Positions 29,340-38,455 of a DNA stretch of 60,947 bases are shown one piece after another. A program made the translations under genes and the position numbers. Numbering within the stretch: position 1 is the first letter of the stretch; each line of letters begins with the position of its first letter. The stretch is from Ignavibacteriota bacterium. Its GTDB lineage: Bacteria > Bacteroidota > Ignavibacteria > UBA10030 > UBA6906. The stretch spans positions 1-60,947 of the forward strand of contig JACRFA010000033.1 in the NCBI GenBank assembly GCA_016218065.1. The letters run 5' to 3'. A model generated the notes under the pieces. The model was not told the DNA's origin. It saw only the letters and a list, made by a program, of their open reading frames with translations, and did no database searches.

Positions 29340-29756
29340 TTGAATACAATCGTGAACGACGCCGAGCTTCAGTACTTCTACTTCGGACTCTATCGAGTTC
29401 TGAAACGATACCGCGCCACGTCGATGTTGGGCTGGGCGATTGTCTTTGTCGCCTGCGCGAGTATTCCGTTTGGATGGAAACTCGGCAGAGCGACGGGCTT
29501 CATTGAAGTAATGCTGACCGTACTGACATTGCTCGCCGGACTTGCGGTCGTGTGGCAGAATATTTCCGCGCTCGAAGAGTACTTGCGGATGCCATTTCAA
29601 CTCACATCATCGCTCGATGATGCAGGACAGGCTTTCATCCATGATGTTCGTGATCTCATGAAGGACATCGATGAAGGCGGCTGGCGGGAAGCGTACGCGG
29701 CCTTGAAGAAGCTGGAGCAGCTTCAAGAGAAGTACGGATTGCCCAAGCTGCAATGA
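29340..29756 (+). CDS. hypothetical membrane protein (2 TM); 5' end uncertain
   Basis: The ORF-track start at 29214 lies inside the repeat element. In-frame candidate starts are TTG 29340, GTG 29352 and ATG 29424. There are two hydrophobic helices followed by a charged C-terminal helix. Confidence 0.4.
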   Translation: MNTIVNDAELQYFYFGLYRVLKRYRATSMLGWAIVFVACASIPFGWKLGRATGFIEVMLTVLTLLAGLAVVWQNISALEEYLRMPFQLTSSLDDAGQAFIHDVRDLMKDIDEGGWREAYAALKKLEQLQEKYGLPKLQ

Positions 29757-29775
29757 CACAATCTGAAGGAGCCTT

Positions 29776-30132
29776 ATGTCACGAGTAAAGGAATTCAATG
29801 ACTTCCGCACGAAGATGAACGAGAGGATTCTGGCGATCGAGAATCGTCCGATCAAACGATTCTTCGGCGTCGACACGCTCACGTACGAGCCTGGGGCGTT
29901 GGACGCAAAGACGAAGGAGATGCTCGGTCTTGTTGCATCGATGGTGTTGCGCTGCGACGATTGCATTTCGTATCACGTTCAGCAATGTAAACAGGAAAAC
30001 GTGACCGACGAGGAGATGTACGACGTGTTCAGCGTTGCGCTTGTTGTGGGAGGATCGATTGTCATTCCGCATTTGCGCCGTGCGGTCGCCTTCCTTGATG
30101 AATACAATTCGTTGCAGAAGGATCAACCATAG
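29776..30132 (+). CDS. carboxymuconolactone decarboxylase / AhpD-like family protein
   Basis: AhpD-core pattern with CxxC-type RCDDCISYH. 118 aa. Confidence 0.75.
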   Translation: MSRVKEFNDFRTKMNERILAIENRPIKRFFGVDTLTYEPGALDAKTKEMLGLVASMVLRCDDCISYHVQQCKQENVTDEEMYDVFSVALVVGGSIVIPHLRRAVAFLDEYNSLQKDQP

Positions 30133-30146
30133 TTTAAGAGTGCGTC

Positions 30147-30815
30147 ATGGAAAAACGTGAGCATGTTCCCGTCAGAAGAATCGTCCTCGTGGCGCTCTTC
30201 GGTATTGCCTTTGGCTTCGTCGAGTCAAGTGTGGTCGTGTACCTTCGTGCGCTGTATTATCCTGATGGCTTTACGTTTCCGTTGAGGATTATGCGGGACG
30301 ACCATATTGCCGTTGAGTTGCTTCGCGAAGCCGCGACAATCATCATGCTTGCAGCAATCGGAGCCGTTGCGGGAAGAAAAGGTTGGCAGCGGTTCGGATA
30401 TTTTTTGCTGGCTTTCGGCGCGTGGGATATCTTCTACTACATCTGGCTGAAGCTCGTACTGAACTGGCCGCTTTCACTTGGCGATTGGGATGTGTTGTTT
30501 CTGATTCCGTTGCCGTGGATCGGTCCCGTGATTTCGGCGGCGGCGATTGCTTTGCTCATGACCGTCTGCGGCGTCGATATCATCATTCGGATTTCTCAAC
30601 AGCGGCGCTTCTCGCCGACTCTCCTAAGTTGGATCATGGCGATACTGGCCACAGCAAGCATTCTCTACTCGTTCATGTCCGATACAAATGCGACGCTGAG
30701 AGGAAGCTCGCCGCGTGCATATCGCTATGAGCTGCTGATTGCCGGACTCCTTCTGTACATCGTCGGGTACGTGTTGGCCATCAGAACGAGCGGAAGCAGG
30801 CAACTCGCGAAATGA
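30147..30815 (+). CDS. integral membrane protein, function unknown
   Basis: 222 aa with about 6 hydrophobic helices. Its stop overlaps the downstream EamA gene start by 4 nt. Confidence 0.5.
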   Translation: MEKREHVPVRRIVLVALFGIAFGFVESSVVVYLRALYYPDGFTFPLRIMRDDHIAVELLREAATIIMLAAIGAVAGRKGWQRFGYFLLAFGAWDIFYYIWLKLVLNWPLSLGDWDVLFLIPLPWIGPVISAAAIALLMTVCGVDIIIRISQQRRFSPTLLSWIMAILATASILYSFMSDTNATLRGSSPRAYRYELLIAGLLLYIVGYVLAIRTSGSRQLAK

Positions 30816-31702
30816 CTTCCACCACAAAATCGGAGGAACGACGAGCGCAGTTGCTGTTGCTGCTTGTTGTCTTTATCTGGGCGACAAATTATCCCATCGC
30901 AAAGTTTGCGATTGCCAAACTCGATGTCTTCCTCTTCAACGGCATTCGATTCGTCGTTGCCGCCGGCGTGCTTGCCGCGATGTTCTTCTCGCAGTCGGAT
31001 TGGATTCCCGTCAACAAAGCAGATTGGCGAAGAATTCTTCGCGCCGGCATTATCGCGAATGTGTTTTATCAAGCGGCGTTCATCATCGGGCTGAGTCTGA
31101 CGACCGCGGGAAACTCCGCCGTGCTGATGGCGACGTCTCCGCTGTGGACTCTGTTTGTGAATGCGAAGCTGCACAAAGAAAGAATTCAGCCGCAGATGTG
31201 GTTAGGGATGGCGATTTCGCTGGCGGGCGTTATCATGATCATCGCGGGAAGCGGCAAGAAGCTGGAGTTGGGCGGACTTGAAATCGTCGGCGATCTTGTT
31301 TGCGTCACGGCCGCGGTGCTCTGGGCGTTCAACACAAATCTTCAGAAGCCGCTGCTCGTTCATTATTCGTCGCTCCATCTCGCGTTCATCATGATCTCGA
31401 TTGGCGCAGTGGGTTTGACCATCACGGCAATTCCGTCGGCGCTGATGCTCGATTGGTCATCCATCGGGTGGGAGTACTGGGTTGCGACGATTGTCTCCGG
31501 CGCGCTCTCGATTGGAGTTGCAAATGCGCTGTGGTCTCATGGCGTGCAACGGCTCGGGCCGGGCCGCACGGGGAGTTTCAGCAATCTTGTTCCGGTCATC
31601 GCACTCATCACATCGTCTCTGACGCTGAATGAATCTGTGTATCTCATTCAGTTCATCGGATCGGGATTCACGATTGCCGGCGTGTGGCTTGCACGGCGGT
31701 GA
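30812..31702 (+). CDS. DMT-superfamily transporter (EamA family)
   Basis: Ten predicted TM helices in two EamA halves (WATNYPIAKFA...; ..LWAFNTNLQKPLL..). Confidence 0.75.
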   Translation: MTSTTKSEERRAQLLLLLVVFIWATNYPIAKFAIAKLDVFLFNGIRFVVAAGVLAAMFFSQSDWIPVNKADWRRILRAGIIANVFYQAAFIIGLSLTTAGNSAVLMATSPLWTLFVNAKLHKERIQPQMWLGMAISLAGVIMIIAGSGKKLELGGLEIVGDLVCVTAAVLWAFNTNLQKPLLVHYSSLHLAFIMISIGAVGLTITAIPSALMLDWSSIGWEYWVATIVSGALSIGVANALWSHGVQRLGPGRTGSFSNLVPVIALITSSLTLNESVYLIQFIGSGFTIAGVWLARR

Positions 31703-31811
31703 CGTTGCGGCTGTCATCCGGCATGCGCCTGATGCATTCTGGCTCACGCATCTGCATTCCGTCGCAGTCGCGTAGCAACTTGGCTTTCGAATTTCTACAT
31801 TGCAGACACGC

Positions 31812-32888
31812 ATGAGAACGATACCATGGAAACCGATCATCGCCGCATGGACTGCCTACGGCTTGTTCATGTCAACGCAATCGTACGTCGTCAGCTTGCG
31901 TGCAGGCCGCCCGGTTACAATCGCGTATGCGCTGGTGAACGACATGACGTACGCGTCCTGCTGGGCGTTGCTCACGCCGCTGATTCTGCTGCTCGCTCGC
32001 CGATATCCTCTTGGCAATCTCACTCTGCTCCGAAACTTTCTTATTCATCTGGGATTCAGCTTTGCACTTGCACTCTCACAGAAGTTCGTCCATGGCCTGC
32101 TGATTAGTTCGTATCGACTGATCGTCGAGGGCGTTGCGTTCTCCTGGGATTTTCAAGTCCGCAATTTGATTGCCTACTTCGATTACGGTATTCCGCTGTA
32201 CTGGATTGTGCTGCTGTTGAATTACGGGTATGACTACTACTCGCGTTATCAGGAACGAGCAGTCCGTGCAGCTCAGCTCGAGACTCAGCTCGCGCAGGCG
32301 CAGTTGAATGCGTTGAAGATGCAACTGCATCCGCATTTCTTGTTCAACACGCTCAATGCAATTTCCGTCCTGATCCAAAAAGATCCTGAGTTGGCGAAGA
32401 AAACTGTTGGACGTTTGAGTGAACTGCTACGCTACACACTCGACAACGTCGGCTCGCAGCAGGTGACGCTACGAGAGGAGTTGGCTTTTCTTGAACGCTA
32501 TTTGCAGATCGAGCAAACGCGTTTCGGCGACCGGCTCACTGTGAGGTTCGAAGTCGATGAGGAGATCAAGGACGCGACAGTTCCCACTATGATTCTGCAG
32601 CCGCTTGTAGAAAATGCGATCAAGCATGGCATCGCAAAGCGCCGCGGCGATGCACGCATTGAAGTGAGTGCAAACAGAGACAACGGAAGTCTTCAGCTTC
32701 GTGTGAAGGATAACGGAGTGGGTCTTGCCTCCGAGTCGGAGGTGAAAGATGGCGTCGGGCTTTCCATGACGCGGGCGCGACTTCGCGAGTTGTACGGATC
32801 GCAGCAATCGTTTTCGCTCAACGCGTTGCCCGAAGGCGGAACGGAAGCAATCGTGATGATGCCGTATATGGTTGGAGGAGAGAACTAA
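31812..32888 (+). CDS. LytS/YehU-type sensor histidine kinase
   Basis: N-terminal TM helices, the His_kinase block LKMQLHPHFLFNTLNAI, and an HATPase block (QPLVENAIKHGI..V.DNGVG). Confidence 0.85.
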   Translation: MRTIPWKPIIAAWTAYGLFMSTQSYVVSLRAGRPVTIAYALVNDMTYASCWALLTPLILLLARRYPLGNLTLLRNFLIHLGFSFALALSQKFVHGLLISSYRLIVEGVAFSWDFQVRNLIAYFDYGIPLYWIVLLLNYGYDYYSRYQERAVRAAQLETQLAQAQLNALKMQLHPHFLFNTLNAISVLIQKDPELAKKTVGRLSELLRYTLDNVGSQQVTLREELAFLERYLQIEQTRFGDRLTVRFEVDEEIKDATVPTMILQPLVENAIKHGIAKRRGDARIEVSANRDNGSLQLRVKDNGVGLASESEVKDGVGLSMTRARLRELYGSQQSFSLNALPEGGTEAIVMMPYMVGGEN

Positions 32889-33150
32889 TATTGCGTCTCG
32901 CACTTATCTTCAGTTTACTTATTACTCTGGCAGCAGTATCGCTCACACGCGGTCAAACCGACTCTTCGATTTGCAACGACTTTTAACAAACAACTCGCTC
33001 GCGAGCTATTCGAGAGCGTTTTCCACTTCTCAACAGAGAGTAGAAATGAAAAATGGTTTGTGGGAATTTTGGGTGAGGAAGAACCTTATTCCGTTTCCCC
33101 TGAGCAAGATGACCGTCACAACAGATTTCAACGAAGGCGTCAATTAGTTC

Positions 33151-33924
33151 ATGTCCAGTCATATTCGAGTACTCATTGCCGACGACGAGCCGCTCGCCCG
33201 TGAAGGCATCAGGCAACTTCTCCGGCACGACTCCGATGTGGAAATCGTTGGCGAGGCAAAGGACGGCATTCAGGCCACGGAGATGATCGAAGAGATGACG
33301 CCTGATCTGGTTTTCCTTGATATCCAGATGCCGGAACGCGATGGGTTTGGCGTCGTCGAGGAAGTTGGACCGGACAACATGCCTGTGGTTATTTTTGTGA
33401 CTGCGTTCGATGAGCATGCGCTTCGTGCATTCGAGATTCATGCTCTCGATTATCTGCTGAAGCCTCTCGATCCGGATCGGTTTGCCGAAGCGCTGCAACG
33501 CGCAAAGAATCAGCTGAAGCTCAAACAATCTTCCACGCTCAGCGGCAAGCTGCTTAAGCTGATCGAGTCGCTGCCCGCACCGCGACCTGCGCTTCAACGC
33601 ATTGCAGTGAAGGTAACAGGGAAAGTCTTCTTCGTCAACACGTACGACATCGATTGGGTTCAGGCAAACGGCGATTACGTTGTGCTGCATACGCAGGGAA
33701 AGAAACATCTCGTCCGCGAAAAGATCGGCGATCTGCAACAGAAACTGGATCCACAACAGTTCGTCCGCATTCATCGCTCGTCGATCGTGAATATCGATCG
33801 CATCAAAGATCTTGAGCCAATGTTCTACGGAGACTATGCGGTGAACATGGTCGATGGAACCAAGCTCACGCTCAGCCGGTCGTACCGAGACGCCGCCTTT
33901 GCCCGCCTGAATCTCAAACACTGA
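33151..33924 (+). CDS. LytTR-family response regulator
   Basis: REC domain (VLIADDEP..FLDIQMP) plus a C-terminal LytTR DNA-binding domain (FVRIHRSSIVNIDRI). Confidence 0.88.
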   Translation: MSSHIRVLIADDEPLAREGIRQLLRHDSDVEIVGEAKDGIQATEMIEEMTPDLVFLDIQMPERDGFGVVEEVGPDNMPVVIFVTAFDEHALRAFEIHALDYLLKPLDPDRFAEALQRAKNQLKLKQSSTLSGKLLKLIESLPAPRPALQRIAVKVTGKVFFVNTYDIDWVQANGDYVVLHTQGKKHLVREKIGDLQQKLDPQQFVRIHRSSIVNIDRIKDLEPMFYGDYAVNMVDGTKLTLSRSYRDAAFARLNLKH

Positions 33925-34060
33925 ATTCTGCATTTCATCGTCTCCCTCCAGCAGTTCAACACATTGCCGCTCGTCTTGCCGCATCTTTGTTTTAATCGCG
34001 CCGTATCTGACGTAGATTCATCGCACAAACCTTCATCTCCACACATCAAGAAAGGCTGCG

Positions 34061-35890
34061 ATGAACAAAATCTTCTTTCTGATTTCTGCGGTCATCATGG
34101 TGGTATTCCAGTTACATGCACAAACATTTACGCGCATAACGTCGGGAGCAATCGCCACTGATGTCGGCGCTTCGCGCAGCGTGAACTGGATCGATTACGA
34201 CCGGGATGGTTACCTCGATCTTTTCGTGAGCAAGGGACTCGAGGGCGGTGATTTCAATCTATTGCATCGAAACAATCGCGACGGATCGTTCTCAAAAATC
34301 ACCGCCGACCCGATCGTCTCGTTTCGTCAACCGTATGATGGCGCCTCATGGGCTGATGTCGATGGCGACGGAGATCTTGATTGCTTTGTTGTCGCGTGGT
34401 ATGACAGCAACAACACGTATTTCCAGAACAATGGCGACGGCACGTTTGCACGAACGAACATCGGCCTTCCCGTCAGCGACAGAGGATTCTCTGAGACGTG
34501 TAGCTGGGGCGACTTCGACAACGATGGCAAACTCGATCTCTATGTCACGAACAGCGGCTCGCCGTCGCTTGGCGCGAAAAGAAATTTTCTGTATCGCAAT
34601 ACAGGCGCCGGCTTCGCGAAGATCGACACGGGCGCCATCGTCACCGACACGTACTATTCTCGCGGCGCGAGTTGGGTTGACTACGACAACGACGGCGATC
34701 AGGACATGTATGTTGTCAACGAACGAAATCAGGTGAAGAACCTGTACAAGAATATGCTGAAGGAGACAGGAGCAGCATGGTTCACGCGTATCACCGCAGG
34801 TCAATTCGTGAGCGATGTGTCGTCGGCACTGAGCGCGAGCTGGGCCGACTACGATAACGATGGCGATCTCGATGTATTTGTAGCCAACGGCTGGCCGCAA
34901 GGGCAGAACGATTTTCTCTACTCCAACAACTCCGACGGCACATTCACAAAGATCACAAGCGGCGATGTTGTGACTGATGCCGCGTTCTCGATGTCCAGTG
35001 GCTGGGGCGATTTCGATAATGATGGCGATTTGGATTTGTTTGTCACGACTGCCTATTCGGGAGCGGCGACGAAGAATCTTCTCTACAAAAATCTCTTGAG
35101 CGAATCGGGAACTCCGACGCTTCAAAAGGCGACGTCGGGCAGCATCGCGAACGACGTCGGCTACTCATACGGGGCGGCCTGGGGTGACTATGATCGTGAT
35201 GGGGATCTGGATCTGTTTGTTGCCAAGACGTTCAACGAAAACGAAAGCAGTGCATTCTACAGAAATGACAATCCCAACGGGAATCACTGGTTGTCGCTGA
35301 ACTGTGTCGGAACGACATCGAACAGATCGGGCATTGGAACCAAGATTCGGATCAAGGCGACTGTCGGAGGAGTTGCGAGATGGCAGCTGCGCACCGTCGA
35401 TGGACAAAGCGGATACTGTGCTCAAAACCTACAGCTTCACTTCGGACTCGGAAACGCGACGATGATCGACTCAGTGAAAATCGAATGGCCATCCGGTCTC
35501 ATCGATGTTCACACGAATGTATCGGTGGATCGAATCGCGAATGCAGTCGAGAATGGGGGACTGACGTCGATTGGGGAAACAACTCCGTTGCCGCCTTCGC
35601 AGCATCGTCTCTTCCAGAACTATCCCAATCCGTTCAATCCAACAACGACAATACGCTATAGCGTAAAGCACGTCCCCTTTCCCATAGGCAAAGGGGAGAA
35701 AGGGGTGAGGGTGTCATTGAAAGTTCACGATCTTCTCGGCCGCGAAGTCTCAACACTCGTCAATGAATTGAAGACTCCCGGCCTGCACTACGTTGAGTTC
35801 AATGCAGCGAATCTCGCGAGCGGCGTTTACTTCTACCGGTTGACCGCAGGATCATTCAGCGAAACAAAAGCAATGATCATCTCAAAGTGA
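34061..35890 (+). CDS. FG-GAP/VCBS-repeat protein with an ASPIC/UnbV domain (CRTAC1-like) and a T9SS C-terminal sorting domain
   Basis: Repeated D.D.DG.LD calcium-binding-type motifs (DYDRDGYLD, DVDGDGDLD, DFDNDGKLD ...), an UnbV/ASPIC block (NHWLSL...NRSGIGTKIRI...DGQSGY...LHFGLG) and the CTD FQNYPNPFNPTTTIRY...YFYRL. Confidence 0.85.
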   Translation: MNKIFFLISAVIMVVFQLHAQTFTRITSGAIATDVGASRSVNWIDYDRDGYLDLFVSKGLEGGDFNLLHRNNRDGSFSKITADPIVSFRQPYDGASWADVDGDGDLDCFVVAWYDSNNTYFQNNGDGTFARTNIGLPVSDRGFSETCSWGDFDNDGKLDLYVTNSGSPSLGAKRNFLYRNTGAGFAKIDTGAIVTDTYYSRGASWVDYDNDGDQDMYVVNERNQVKNLYKNMLKETGAAWFTRITAGQFVSDVSSALSASWADYDNDGDLDVFVANGWPQGQNDFLYSNNSDGTFTKITSGDVVTDAAFSMSSGWGDFDNDGDLDLFVTTAYSGAATKNLLYKNLLSESGTPTLQKATSGSIANDVGYSYGAAWGDYDRDGDLDLFVAKTFNENESSAFYRNDNPNGNHWLSLNCVGTTSNRSGIGTKIRIKATVGGVARWQLRTVDGQSGYCAQNLQLHFGLGNATMIDSVKIEWPSGLIDVHTNVSVDRIANAVENGGLTSIGETTPLPPSQHRLFQNYPNPFNPTTTIRYSVKHVPFPIGKGEKGVRVSLKVHDLLGREVSTLVNELKTPGLHYVEFNAANLASGVYFYRLTAGSFSETKAMIISK

Positions 35891-36042
35891 TGTGCCCGGT
35901 GACCAATCCCACCGAAGGCGGGAACAACTGACTCGACGTTGGATGGTGGCGTTGAGTTGGTTGTGCCGGGCACAGTTCTTTCAAATCCCAAACAACAAAA
36001 ACCAAATTCCAATTGAGTTCTTGACTATTGAATGAGGCTCCT

Positions 36043-37521
36043 ATGAAAATTCTTTTGTTACTGACTGCTGTGCTTGTCTGCTTCACGACTTCATCGGCTC
36101 GCATCCTTCACGTTCCGGCAAACTACACGACGATTCAATCGGCGATTAACGCGTCGGTAAACGGCGATACGGTTTTGGTTGCGCCCGGAACGTATCAGGA
36201 GAACGTGATCTTTCGCGGAAAGAGGATTGTGCTAACGAGCCGGTTCTATCTTGATGCGAATCCGTCATCGATCATCCAAAGCACGATCATCGACGGAAGC
36301 AATCCTTCACATCCCGACTCAGGAAGTTGTGTTCGCATTGCCAACGGCGAAGACTCGACGACGATTCTTCAGGGCTTCACACTCACCCGCGGATACGGTA
36401 CATTGTGGCAGGATGAAAACGGCGCGGGGCGTTACTGGGAAGGCGGCGGCGTGTTGATTGCATTAAGCTCGCCGACCGTGCGACACAACATTATTCGGAA
36501 CAACGACGTGAACAGAACCGGCGGGCAAAGCACGGGCGGCGGCGGCATCAGGCTTGGCGACGGCTCGCCCTACATTCTGAACAATATCATCATCAATAAT
36601 GCGGGCATGTACGGAGGAGGCATTGTCTCGAACTACGCGTCGCCGACAATCCGCAACAACATTGTCGCGTATAACGTCGTCTCGCCCGCAGTTGCCGGAC
36701 GCCCAACGTATGGCGGCGGTGGAATGTGGGTGAACGGCAGCCGCCCGGGCGCGACGTTTCCGAACAGAATCGAAAACAACACGATCGTCGGCAACTCGGC
36801 AACAGGCTCAGGCGGGTCGGGTGCAGGCGGAAAGGGTGGAGGAATGCTCGCTGCGTTCTCCGCGACAATCAACTCGCGCAATAACATCGTGTGGGGTAAC
36901 ACGCAAACAACGGGCGGGCAATTGAATATCGCGAGCGGAAGCAGCGTGATTGCGACATACAGCGATGTCGAAGGCGGATACGCGGGAAGCGGCAACATCA
37001 ACGTCACTCCGAATTTTGCGCCGACAAGTTTCTACTTGCAGACGGGAAGTCAATGCATCGATGCCGGAGACACAACTGCTGCGTTCAACGATCTTCCTGA
37101 TCTGACGAATCCGGGCGTGGCTCGCTGGCCATCGCTCGGCGGATTGCGGAATGATATCGGTGCGTACGGCGGTCCGGGCGCGGTAGTGATCGCAACAATT
37201 CTCACATCGGCGCCTGCACGAGGAGATGGAATTGCGGCTGAGTTCTCCCTCGAACAGAACTATCCGAATCCGTTTAACCCAAGCACTAGCATCACATACT
37301 ATTTGCCGGAAGTCGGAGGTCGGAAGTCGGAGGTCGGGTATGTCACGCTTAAGGTTTTTGATATGCTCGGTCGTGAAGTCGCAACGTTGGTGAACGAAGT
37401 CGAGGAGCCGGGGACGTACACGGTGCAGTGGAATGCCTCGAGCATCGCGAGCGGCGTGTATCTGTACCAACTCAGCGCAGGAGAATTTGTGCAGACGAGA
37501 AAACTGATGGTCGTTCGATGA
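36043..37521 (+). CDS. right-handed parallel beta-helix repeat protein with a T9SS C-terminal sorting domain
   Basis: Signal peptide, 'VPANYTTIQSAINAS.NGDTVLVAPGTY' (a typical beta-helix cap), repeated N-N-I/G-G-G rungs, and the CTD LEQNYPNPFNPSTSITY...YLYQL. Confidence 0.8.
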   Translation: MKILLLLTAVLVCFTTSSARILHVPANYTTIQSAINASVNGDTVLVAPGTYQENVIFRGKRIVLTSRFYLDANPSSIIQSTIIDGSNPSHPDSGSCVRIANGEDSTTILQGFTLTRGYGTLWQDENGAGRYWEGGGVLIALSSPTVRHNIIRNNDVNRTGGQSTGGGGIRLGDGSPYILNNIIINNAGMYGGGIVSNYASPTIRNNIVAYNVVSPAVAGRPTYGGGGMWVNGSRPGATFPNRIENNTIVGNSATGSGGSGAGGKGGGMLAAFSATINSRNNIVWGNTQTTGGQLNIASGSSVIATYSDVEGGYAGSGNINVTPNFAPTSFYLQTGSQCIDAGDTTAAFNDLPDLTNPGVARWPSLGGLRNDIGAYGGPGAVVIATILTSAPARGDGIAAEFSLEQNYPNPFNPSTSITYYLPEVGGRKSEVGYVTLKVFDMLGREVATLVNEVEEPGTYTVQWNASSIASGVYLYQLSAGEFVQTRKLMVVR

Positions 37522-37562
37522 GAGTCGCAAACCAACTACAATCATCACAAAGGAATTTGACG

Positions 37563-38447
37563 ATGAAGTTCTGGACTTTGATTTCGCTGATGACATTACT
37601 GTGTGCAACACGAACGGTCTTCGGGCAGAACGCGCCGACAAATGCGCTTACAACTTTGGTGGAGACAGAAAAGGCGTTTGCGGCGATGTCTCCCGAGAAG
37701 GGAATGAAGGCAGCGTTTCTCGCGTACCTTGCCGATGATGGAGTTCTCTTCCGTCCCGGGCCGGTGAACGGAAAGGAAGTCTGGCGAAAGCGACCGGACA
37801 GCACGAGCATGCGGCTGGATTGGGAGCCGACATTCGCGGACGTCGCGGCGAGCGGCGAGTTAGGGTACACGACAGGACCATGGACCCTCACGCCCGGACC
37901 TAATCTTGATCAACCGCCGAAGTACGGCTTCTTCGTCTCGGTTTGGAAGAAGCAACGCGATGATCAGTGGAAGTTGGCTGTCGATTTGGGGATTGAGAAT
38001 CCGCACCCCGAAAAAGTTGAGCGAACATTCGCGACAGGGGAACCGACGGCCTCGTCGCGGGGACGCGGCAGCATGAAGACTGAGTTAGCTCGTCTGCTGC
38101 AGGCCGAGCAGAAGCTCGCGCGGTTGGCAAAAGCCGGTTCATCGGCGGCGGTACGTGAACTTGGCGGAGAGAACATTCGCGTCTATCGTGAAGGCGACGT
38201 TCCAAGCGTTGGACGCGATGCATCAATCGCGAAGCTGACTTCGATGAATGAGAAACTGAAATTGCAGGTAGAGAAACGTGTCGTTGCCGCGTCTCGCGAT
38301 CTCGGATATGCATACGGAAAGTATGACGATCTCGCGAGGCAATCGACCGAAGCCTTTGCAGGATACTTCGTGCACATCTGGAAGAAGGACTCTGCAGGAA
38401 ACTGGAAACTCGTGCTTGACATACTGAATCCGCCGCCGACAAAATAG
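37563..38447 (+). CDS. secreted protein with two NTF2-like (DUF4440/SnoaL-like) repeats
   Basis: Signal peptide MKFWTLISLMTLLCATRTVFG. Both halves end in a W-K-K-x(3-6)-W-K-L pattern (VWKKQRDDQWKLAVD / IWKKDSAGNWKLVLD) typical of DUF4440. Confidence 0.55.
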   Translation: MKFWTLISLMTLLCATRTVFGQNAPTNALTTLVETEKAFAAMSPEKGMKAAFLAYLADDGVLFRPGPVNGKEVWRKRPDSTSMRLDWEPTFADVAASGELGYTTGPWTLTPGPNLDQPPKYGFFVSVWKKQRDDQWKLAVDLGIENPHPEKVERTFATGEPTASSRGRGSMKTELARLLQAEQKLARLAKAGSSAAVRELGGENIRVYREGDVPSVGRDASIAKLTSMNEKLKLQVEKRVVAASRDLGYAYGKYDDLARQSTEAFAGYFVHIWKKDSAGNWKLVLDILNPPPTK

Positions 38448-38455
38448 CGCGTGTT

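Noticed and set aside
32983-33984. 333-aa ORF on the minus strand.
   Set aside because: It is antisense to the LytTR response regulator and its upstream region. It has no recognisable domain and a composition typical of antisense frames.
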